The position numbers and the translations under genes were made by a program. The notes under the pieces are model-generated. The model did no database searches and was not told the DNA's origin. It worked only from the letters and a program-made list of their open reading frames with translations. Shown piece after piece: positions 28,333 through 36,010 of a stretch of 64,000 nucleotides of DNA. The number at the start of each line of letters is the position of its first letter. The first letter of the stretch is position 1. The stretch lies in NCBI GenBank assembly GCA_964538895.1, contig CAZIGL010000002.1, positions 141,931 to 205,930 on the forward strand. Direction: 5' to 3'. Source of the stretch: an uncultured Rhodoferax sp. (lineage in GTDB: Bacteria > Pseudomonadota > Gammaproteobacteria > Burkholderiales > Burkholderiaceae_C).

Positions 28333-29227
28333 GCGGCTTTCTGGAGCCAAACAGGTTGGCATAAACCCAGGTGAACTCGGCCCCGATCAGAAAGATCTGG
28401 GCCGAGTAATACACCCACAACAGCACCACCACCAGCGAGCCGGCGGCACCAAAGCCCGACACGATGCCGCTGTGGCCAATGTAGATACCTATCAGGGCCT
28501 TGCCCAGGCTGAACAGCAGGGCGGTGAACAGCGCGCCGGTCCACACATCGCGCCATTGCACCCGGGCCCGTGGCATCACTTTGTAAATCAGCGCAAACAT
28601 GGCCGTGACCAGCGCAAACCCGGCGGCGGCGTTGCTGGCGCTGGCTATTGCGATCCAGCCGCCAAACAGCGGGCTCCACAAGCGCTCCATGGTGGCCAGT
28701 GCGGCACTCAGCACCAGCGACACCATCAGCAAGAAGCCGATCACCAGAATCATGCCAAACGACAGCAGTCGGGCGCGCAGCAAGTGCAGCCAGCCGCTCA
28801 GCGGCGCGGTGGCAGGCACGCGCCAGATACGGTCCAGCGCTCTTTGCAACTCGCCAAACACGGTGGTGGCGCCAATCAACAGCAGCAACATGCCCAGCAG
28901 CGTGGCCCAGCTGCCCTCGGCGGGTTTGCCCACACTGGCCAGCAGCGCCTGCACTGCGTTGGCACCAGGCTCACCCATCAGGGCGCGCAACTGCAGCGCG
29001 ATCTCGCCGCGCGCCGCCTCCTGGCCAAACACCAGCCCGGCCACGCTGATCACAATCAGCAGCAGCGGCGCCAGAGAAAACAGCGTGTAGTAGGCCAGGG
29101 CGGCGCCCATGCTCGGCACATCGTCGTCGAGCCAGGCATTGAAAACCTGTTTCAGCAGAACCCAGTAAAGCGGCAGCACTACCGGGGCGGTCAGCGCCAG
29201 GGCAATCAAATGGTGGATCAGCTTCAT
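28316..29227 (-). CDS. YihY/BrkB-family inner membrane protein
   Basis: ORF 28316..29299. ATG 29227 gives MKLIHHLIALALTAPV...GAALAYYTLFSLAPLLL, multi-TM. The 3' end overlaps the convergent 28048..28332 gene by 17 nt. Confidence 0.85.
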   Translation of the reverse strand: MKLIHHLIALALTAPVVLPLYWVLLKQVFNAWLDDDVPSMGAALAYYTLFSLAPLLLIVISVAGLVFGQEAARGEIALQLRALMGEPGANAVQALLASVGKPAEGSWATLLGMLLLLIGATTVFGELQRALDRIWRVPATAPLSGWLHLLRARLLSFGMILVIGFLLMVSLVLSAALATMERLWSPLFGGWIAIASASNAAAGFALVTAMFALIYKVMPRARVQWRDVWTGALFTALLFSLGKALIGIYIGHSGIVSGFGAAGSLVVVLLWVYYSAQIFLIGAEFTWVYANLFGSRKPLKPEI

Positions 29228-29312
29228 GGGGGGGCGGGCGGTCCGGGAATCAGAAAAACATGCGTTACGCTGCAGGCCTTGACCCGCGCTGCAGCGCAAC
29301 GCCCCACCCGCG

Positions 29313-29522
29313 TTATTTGGTCACTTCGTGGCCAATCACGCCACCCACGGCGGCGCCGGCGGCTGTGCCCAACAGGCCGCCACCCAAGACGTTGCCGGCA
29401 ACACCGCCAATGGCAGCACCGGTGGCCGTGCCCTTTTCCTGGTATGTCATGCCGGCGCAGCCGCCCAGACCCAGGGCGGTCAACAAAAGTACGGCGGCAG
29501 AAATGCGTTGGGTAAAGTTCAT
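29313..29522 (-). CDS. glycine-zipper small lipoprotein (OsmB-like)
   Basis: MNFTQRISAAVLLLTALGLGGC... followed by GAAIGGVAGNVLGGGLLGTAAGAAVGGVIG. Confidence 0.8.
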   Translation of the reverse strand: MNFTQRISAAVLLLTALGLGGCAGMTYQEKGTATGAAIGGVAGNVLGGGLLGTAAGAAVGGVIGHEVTK

Positions 29523-29745
29523 GAGAATTCTCCATTCGGTTAAAGATCAAGCCGTGCAACGCAGCGCTTGCTGGCACGGAGGAGCTTGCATTGTTGAATC
29601 CCAGCGGCGCCCGGTCTGTGCGCTTGCGTACACACGCCGGCGCGACTTCGTGCTTGAATCGCCGGCATGGGTCGACCAACGCGTGTATAAGGACAGTTCA
29701 CCCCTATGGCATCTGGTCAGTTCTGCATCACAAGTCCCCCCCATT

Positions 29746-32700
29746 TTGAAAATTATTCCCAAGACATTGACCTGGCTCGCCGTTGCGTTGCTTTTGGTAA
29801 CGGGGGGCATCGCGTTCATGTTCTGGTCTTACCAGCAAATCTCGGACGCCGCCCTGCAGCGCCAGAACACCCGCATCGTTTTCGGCATGGCCAACGACCT
29901 GCTGTCTGGCTTGAAAGACGCCGACACCGGGCAGCGGGGCTACGCCCTGACGGGCAACGAGACCTACCTGAAGCCGTACCTGGCGGCGCGTGACCAAGTC
30001 ATTCCCGCTCTGTTGGCCTTGCGCAAAGAAGTTGGTAACGCCGATGCCCGGGCCATCCTGGACACCCTGGCGCCCCTGATCGAAGCCAAAATGGTCGACC
30101 TCGCCGCTGGCGTTGCCCTGACCCGTGCCGGTGACCAGAACGCCGTCCGATTGCCGATGGAAGGCGGCAGGGGCGAGCAGCTGATGGGCAATATCCGCAA
30201 CGGGATGGACAGCTTCATCCTGGCGCAGGCCACTGACCGCTTGCGCAACGAGGCCAGTTTTGACGCCGCCATGCGTCGCTTGCTGCTCATCTTGTTCGTG
30301 GTGGCCGCGCTGGCACTGCTGATTGCCTTGAATTTTGCCTATTTGATCTATCAAAAGTCACAGCAGCAGGTGAAGAGCCTGGTGCACCTGGAGACCCTGC
30401 ATTTGCTGCAGGCGCAGGAAACCAGCAACACCCTGCTGGCACAAGCCAACCACCGCTTGCAGGAAGGCGAGCAGCGGCTCTGGGTGACACTCAATTCGAT
30501 TGGCGATGGCGTCATCACCACCGATGCCGCCGCGTGTATCACGCTGCTGAATCCGGTGGCTGAAGCGCTGACCGGCTGGACGCAGGCGCAGGCGCTTGGC
30601 AAACCTATTGATGAAATATTTCATATCCTTACCAAGGACACCCGCACCCTGGCCCAGATTCCCGTGGCAGCGGCACTGGCCCACGGCACGGTGCAGGACC
30701 TGGCCAACCACACGGTGCTGATCTCCCGCGACGGGCGCGAGTTTGACATTGCCGACAGCTGCGCCCCGATTCGTGCCTTTGACGGCCTGGTGGTGGGGGC
30801 GGTGCTGGTGTTTCGCAATATTTCCGACGAATACGCGGCACAACAGGCCTTGCGCGACAGTGCTGCGCTGTTGCAAACCATTCTCAACACGGTGGCCGAT
30901 GGCCTGGTCACCATCCATGCCCAAGGCGGCATCATCGAGACCGTGAATCCGGCCATCGCGCACATGTTTGGCTACAGCGCGGCCGACCTCGGTGGCAAGC
31001 ATCTGAGTCTGCTGATTCCTGAACTGGACCGCGACCACCACAGCGGCTCGCTGGCCTATTACGGCGTCAGCGACGAGGACAGTGCCAACGGTGTAGGTCG
31101 CGAAGTGATTGGCCGGCGCATGAATGGCAGCACCTTTCCGCTGGAAATCGCCGTGCGCGAGATGACGCTGCGCGGCCAGCGCTACTTCACCGGTATTTTT
31201 CGCGACATCAGCGCGCGCAAACAGGCTGAAGAAGTGCGGCGCAAGGACGGCGCCCTGCAAAAAGCGATTTTTGACAGCGCGGTGTTCGCCAGTGTCGCCA
31301 CGGACGCCAAGGGCGTGATCCAGATTTTCAATGTGGGCGCCGAGCGCATGCTGGGCTACACCGCCGCAGAAGTGATGAACAAGATCACCCCGGCTGACAT
31401 TTCAGATCCACAAGAGATCATCGTGCGGGCCAAGTCCCTGAGCATCGAGCTCGAGACCAGCATCAGACCCGGGTTCGATGCCCTGGTGTTCAAGGCCTCG
31501 CGCGGTATTGAAGACATTTACGAGCTCACCTACATCCGCAAGGACGGCAGCCGTTTTCCGGCGGTGGTGTCTGTGACCGCGCTGCGCGATGCCCAGGAAC
31601 GCATCATTGGTTACTTGCTGATTGGCACCGACAACACGGTGCGCAAGCAGGTCGAGGCCGAGCGGGCACGGCTCGACCTGGTGCTGCAAAACAAGAACGT
31701 TGAACTGGAGCGCGCGCGCCGTCTGGCCGACCATGCGAATCAGGCCAAGTCAGACTTTTTGTCGAGCATGAGCCACGAACTGCGCTCGCCGCTGAACGCC
31801 ATTTTGGGCTTTGCCCAGTTGCTGCAGTCGGGCACGCCGCCACCGTCTGATACGCAAGCTGCCAGCATTGGTCAAATTCTCACGGCCGGTTGGTACCTGC
31901 TGGATCTGATCAACGAAATACTTGACCTGGCCCTGATCGAGTCCGGGCGCTTGTCGCTGTCGCTGGAGCCCACCTCGCTGCAGGACGTGCTGCAGGATTG
32001 CCAGGCCATGATTGCACCGCAAGCCGAGCAAAAGGGCATCCAGACCCAATTTCCACTCGTGGATGGCGACTGTTTTGTCAACGCCGACCGGACCCGACTC
32101 AAGCAGGTGCTGGTCAATTTGCTGTCGAACGCCATCAAATACAACCACCCCGGCGGTTTGGCCGAGGTGAGCTTTGCTCAGCACGCGGGGGGCCTTTTGC
32201 GTATCAGTGTGCGCGACAGTGGCGAAGGGCTGTCGGCCCAGAAGATTTCGCAATTGTTCCAGCCCTTCAACCGCCTGGGCCAGGAGTCGGGGGCCGAGGA
32301 GGGCACCGGCATCGGTCTGGTGGTGAGTCGCCGCCTGGTGGAGTTGATGGGGGGCCAAATCGGTGTCTCCAGCACGGTGGGTGTGGGCAGTGTCTTTTGG
32401 TTTGAGCTCAAGACCTCGCAACTACCCCGGCTGGTGCTTGATGAACTGCAGCCACTGGCCGGGCCGGTCACCCTGGCGCCAACAGGTGTGGCGGTGCGCA
32501 CCCTGCTCTATGTGGAAGACGATCAGGCCAACATGGCGCTGGTAGAGCAGCTCATTGCGCGCCGCCCGGACATGCGCCTGCTGGGCGCGCAAGATGCCAT
32601 GCGCGGAATTGCCTTGGCGCGGGCACACCATCCCGATGTGATTTTGATGGACATCAACCTGCCCGGCATCAGTGGCATGCAGGCGCTGGCCATCTTGCGT

Positions 32701-32889
32701 GAAGACACCGCGACCCGGCATATTCCGGTGTTGGCACTGAGCGCCAACGCCATGGCGCTTGACGTAGACAAAGGCCTGGCAGCCGGCTTTTTTTGCTACC
32801 TCACCAAGCCGATCCGGGTGCCGGAGTTCATGGCCGCGCTCGACAAAGGTCTTGCGCTGGCCGAAGTCCAGAGGCAACAGCCTTGTTAG
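29746..32889 (+). CDS. hybrid sensor histidine kinase: TM-CHASE3-TM, PAS x3, HisKA, HATPase_c, receiver
   Basis: ORF 29260..32889. Start is uncertain: in-frame TTG at 29746 lies just before the first TM helix (KIIPKTLTWLAVALLLV). CHASE3 motif GQRGYALTGNETYLKPY, H-box SHELRSPLN, G-box GTGIGL, REC DINLPGISG. Confidence 0.85.
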   Translation: MKIIPKTLTWLAVALLLVTGGIAFMFWSYQQISDAALQRQNTRIVFGMANDLLSGLKDADTGQRGYALTGNETYLKPYLAARDQVIPALLALRKEVGNADARAILDTLAPLIEAKMVDLAAGVALTRAGDQNAVRLPMEGGRGEQLMGNIRNGMDSFILAQATDRLRNEASFDAAMRRLLLILFVVAALALLIALNFAYLIYQKSQQQVKSLVHLETLHLLQAQETSNTLLAQANHRLQEGEQRLWVTLNSIGDGVITTDAAACITLLNPVAEALTGWTQAQALGKPIDEIFHILTKDTRTLAQIPVAAALAHGTVQDLANHTVLISRDGREFDIADSCAPIRAFDGLVVGAVLVFRNISDEYAAQQALRDSAALLQTILNTVADGLVTIHAQGGIIETVNPAIAHMFGYSAADLGGKHLSLLIPELDRDHHSGSLAYYGVSDEDSANGVGREVIGRRMNGSTFPLEIAVREMTLRGQRYFTGIFRDISARKQAEEVRRKDGALQKAIFDSAVFASVATDAKGVIQIFNVGAERMLGYTAAEVMNKITPADISDPQEIIVRAKSLSIELETSIRPGFDALVFKASRGIEDIYELTYIRKDGSRFPAVVSVTALRDAQERIIGYLLIGTDNTVRKQVEAERARLDLVLQNKNVELERARRLADHANQAKSDFLSSMSHELRSPLNAILGFAQLLQSGTPPPSDTQAASIGQILTAGWYLLDLINEILDLALIESGRLSLSLEPTSLQDVLQDCQAMIAPQAEQKGIQTQFPLVDGDCFVNADRTRLKQVLVNLLSNAIKYNHPGGLAEVSFAQHAGGLLRISVRDSGEGLSAQKISQLFQPFNRLGQESGAEEGTGIGLVVSRRLVELMGGQIGVSSTVGVGSVFWFELKTSQLPRLVLDELQPLAGPVTLAPTGVAVRTLLYVEDDQANMALVEQLIARRPDMRLLGAQDAMRGIALARAHHPDVILMDINLPGISGMQALAILREDTATRHIPVLALSANAMALDVDKGLAAGFFCYLTKPIRVPEFMAALDKGLALAEVQRQQPC

Positions 32890-32962
32890 CCGGGCAGAGC
32901 GTCGGTATGACACTGCTTTCTATTGATCTACCAGGCCGCAGGGCCTGACACAGGAGAACCTC

Positions 32963-35900
32963 ATGGCCACGCGCCCAAAAATCAAAGCCAAAGAGACCCT
33001 CAATGCTGTCAGCGCAGAGCCAGTGGTGGGGGTCCCACGTTTTCCGGTCATCGGCATCGGCGCGTCGGCGGGTGGCCTGGCCGCCATTGAGGCGTTTTTC
33101 TCGGGCATGCCAAACGATGTTGATCCCGCCATGGCCTTTGTGCTGGTACAACACCTGGACCCCGACCACAAAAGCCTGCTCGCCGAGTTGATCCAGCGGC
33201 GCACCCGCATGCAGGTGTTTGAAGTGGTTGATGGCATGGTGGTGCAGGCCAACTGCGTCTACATCATTCCACCCAACCGGGACATGGCTTTTCTCAGTGG
33301 CACGCTGCAGTTGCTGGAGCCCGCCGCACCGCGCGGGCACCGTTTGCCGATTGATTTTTTGTTTGCGTCGCTGGCCGCTGACCAGCAGGAGCGCGCCATT
33401 GGGGTGGTGCTGTCGGGCACCGGCAGCGACGGCACCCAGGGAGTGCGCACCATCAAGGCCGAGGGTGGCATGGTGATGGTGCAAAGCCCGACTTCGGCTG
33501 AATTTGACGGCATGCCGCGAAGCGCACTGGCCACCGGCCTGGTGGACTTTGAGCTGCCGCCAGCCGAAATGGCGGCGCAGCTGATGGCTTATGTGGCCCA
33601 CGCCCTGGGCCGACCACCGCACCCTGCCAGTGCGCTGACGGCGCTGGGCGGGAATGTTTTGAAAAAAATATTTGTCTTGCTGCGCGCCCAGACCGGACAC
33701 GACTTTTCGCAGTACAAGCCCAGCACCATTCACCGCCGCATCGAGCGGCGCATGGCGGTGCACCAGATTGACTCGATGGTGGGCTATGTCAAATACTTGC
33801 AGCAAACCCCGGTGGAAGTGCAAGCCTTGTTCAATGACCTGTTGATTGGTGTCACCAACTTTTTCCGCGACCCCGACGCCTTTGCTGCGCTGGAGGAAAA
33901 GGTCATCCCCAAGCTGTTCGAGGGCAAAGCCGTGGGTGGCGCCGTGCGCATCTGGTGCACCGGTTGCTCAACCGGTGAAGAAGCTTATTCGATGGCCATC
34001 CTGCTGCAGGAGCGGCTTGAATTGCTCAAGGCCAGCTACAAGGTGCAGGTGTTTGCCACCGACATCGACAGCCGCGCCATTGCCGTGGCCCGCGCAGGTG
34101 TTTATCCGGCCAGCATTGCCGAGCACGTGTCGCCAGAGCGCCTGGCAAGATTTTTTACGCTTGAGCCCGACGGCAGCGCCTACCGGATCCACAAAGGCAT
34201 TCGTGACCTGCTGGTGTTTTCGGTACAAGACGTCATCAAGGACCCGCCGTTCTCCAGGCTCGACCTGGTCAGTTGCCGCAACCTGCTGATTTACCTTGGC
34301 GCAGAGTTGCAAAAAAAATTGATCACGCTGTTTCACTACGCCCTGCAGCCCGGTGGCATGCTGTTTCTGGGCTCCTCCGAGTCTGCCGGCGAGCAAGGCG
34401 ACCTGTTTGCCGTGCTGGAGCGCAAATCCAAAATTTACCAGCGCAAGGAAGACTTTCAGGGCGCCCAGCGCGCCGCCCTGGGCCGATTTTTGCCACCTTT
34501 GATGGACCGAGCCATGTCACCCTCACCCGCCACCGAAAAAGAACCCCACCTGGCCAAAATTTCCTTGCGTGAGCTCACCGAGCAAGCCCTGTTGCAGCAA
34601 CTCGCGCTGGTCGCGGCGCTGGTCAACAGCCAGGGCGAGATTCTTTACCTGCATGGGCGCGCCGGCATGTACCTGGAACCCACGCCGGGTGAAGCCAGCA
34701 TCAACAATATTTTGAAAATGGCGCGTGAAGGCCTGCGCCGTGATCTCACGGTGAGCTTGCACAAAGCCGCCGCCAGCCACGAGATCGTGCGCACGCCGGG
34801 TTTGCGTGTCAAGACCAACGGCCACTTCACGCAGGTTGATTTGAGCGTTTGCCCGGTGTTGGGCGGCCCGACGGCAGCGCTGGCGTCGCCCTTGTTTTTG
34901 GTGACGCTGACACAAGCGCCCGAGAGCGACAGCGCCACCGTGTCGGCGCCGTCGCTCCTGCCGGTTATCAGCGCCGCTGCCGGCAGCGACCAACTGCACT
35001 CGGACGCGCGTGCCCATATTGCCGAACTTCAGGACGAACTTTTGGCCAAGGAAGAGTACCTGCGCGCCATCAACGAAGAGCTTGAAACCACCAACGACGA
35101 ACTCAAATCAAGCAACGAAGAAATGCAGTCGGTCAACGAAGAGCTGCAAAGCACCAATGAGGAGCTGGAAACCTCCAAGGAAGAAATGCAGTCGATCAAC
35201 GAGGAGCTCAGCACCGTCAACACCGAGTTGCAAACCAAGGTGGGCGATTTGTCACGTGCCAACAACGATATGAACAACCTGCTGGCGGGCACCGGCATTG
35301 CCACCATTTTTGTCGACTACAGCTTGCGCATCCTGCGCTTTACCCCGTCTGCCAGCCAGATCATCAACCTGATTGCCAGCGACGTGGGCCGCCCGGTGGC
35401 CCACATTGTGAGCAACCTGGTGGGCTACACCAGCCTGTTGGCAGACGTGCAGGAGGTGCTCAAGACCCTGATTCCGAGAGAGGCCGAGGTGCAAACCGTC
35501 GATGGCAAGAGCTACACCCTGCGTATCCTGCCCTATCGCACGCTGGACAACGTGATTGAGGGCGCCGTGGTGACCTTTGTCGATGTGACCGAGGTCCGGC
35601 GAACCCGTGAGGCGCTGCAAAAGGTCAACGCGCTGTTGCGCCTTGCGGTGGTGGTGCGCGACGCGCACGATGCCATCACCGTGCAGGCGCTGGACGGCCG
35701 CACCATTGCCTGGAACCCGGGTGCCGAACAGCTGTACGGCTGGTCTGAGGCCGAGGCCTTGCAACTCAATGTGAGCGACCGTATTCCCAAGGTGCTGCAG
35801 CCTATCGCGTTGAATCAGGTGCGCCAACTCAGCCAGGCGCAGACGCTGGCCCCCTTCAAGACCCAGCGCCTGACCAAGGACGGTCGCTGTCTCGATGTGT

Positions 35901-36010
35901 TGATGACCGCGACAGCTTTGCTCGATGAGACTGGCAAGGTGGACGCCGTTGCCACCACCGAGCGTGCCAGCGACGCCGAGACGGCACCAGATGGAGCGCC
36001 ACCACCATGA
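32963..36010 (+). CDS. CheB-CheR fusion protein with heptad coiled coil and C-terminal PAS domains
   Basis: AGGAGA RBS. CheB-like esterase motifs are GIGASAGG, LVQHLDPDH and SGTGSDG. CheR-like SAM methyltransferase motifs are FFRDP, IWCTGCSTGEEAYS and VSCRNLLIY. These are followed by eight heptads and two PAS-like domains. Confidence 0.9.
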   Translation: MATRPKIKAKETLNAVSAEPVVGVPRFPVIGIGASAGGLAAIEAFFSGMPNDVDPAMAFVLVQHLDPDHKSLLAELIQRRTRMQVFEVVDGMVVQANCVYIIPPNRDMAFLSGTLQLLEPAAPRGHRLPIDFLFASLAADQQERAIGVVLSGTGSDGTQGVRTIKAEGGMVMVQSPTSAEFDGMPRSALATGLVDFELPPAEMAAQLMAYVAHALGRPPHPASALTALGGNVLKKIFVLLRAQTGHDFSQYKPSTIHRRIERRMAVHQIDSMVGYVKYLQQTPVEVQALFNDLLIGVTNFFRDPDAFAALEEKVIPKLFEGKAVGGAVRIWCTGCSTGEEAYSMAILLQERLELLKASYKVQVFATDIDSRAIAVARAGVYPASIAEHVSPERLARFFTLEPDGSAYRIHKGIRDLLVFSVQDVIKDPPFSRLDLVSCRNLLIYLGAELQKKLITLFHYALQPGGMLFLGSSESAGEQGDLFAVLERKSKIYQRKEDFQGAQRAALGRFLPPLMDRAMSPSPATEKEPHLAKISLRELTEQALLQQLALVAALVNSQGEILYLHGRAGMYLEPTPGEASINNILKMAREGLRRDLTVSLHKAAASHEIVRTPGLRVKTNGHFTQVDLSVCPVLGGPTAALASPLFLVTLTQAPESDSATVSAPSLLPVISAAAGSDQLHSDARAHIAELQDELLAKEEYLRAINEELETTNDELKSSNEEMQSVNEELQSTNEELETSKEEMQSINEELSTVNTELQTKVGDLSRANNDMNNLLAGTGIATIFVDYSLRILRFTPSASQIINLIASDVGRPVAHIVSNLVGYTSLLADVQEVLKTLIPREAEVQTVDGKSYTLRILPYRTLDNVIEGAVVTFVDVTEVRRTREALQKVNALLRLAVVVRDAHDAITVQALDGRTIAWNPGAEQLYGWSEAEALQLNVSDRIPKVLQPIALNQVRQLSQAQTLAPFKTQRLTKDGRCLDVLMTATALLDETGKVDAVATTERASDAETAPDGAPPP
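35072..35239 (+). repeat. eight consecutive 21-bp (heptad) coding repeats inside the CheB-CheR fusion gene
   Basis: NEELETT NDELKSS NEEMQSV NEELQST NEELETS KEEMQSI NEELSTV NTELQTK, read directly. Confidence 0.9.

Noticed and set aside
29260-29745. 5' extension of the CHASE3 kinase ORF (the track starts it at 29260)
   Set aside because: The extension is antisense to the glycine-zipper lipoprotein gene and its promoter region, and is not protein-like. The first TM helix begins right after the TTG at 29746.
34311-34318. A8 run inside the CheB-CheR fusion gene (CAA AAA AAA)
   Set aside because: It is shorter than the dnaX A9 run and sits in the middle of the CheR-like domain, where a truncated product has no obvious rationale. 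Most likely just a Gln-Lys-Lys codon run.
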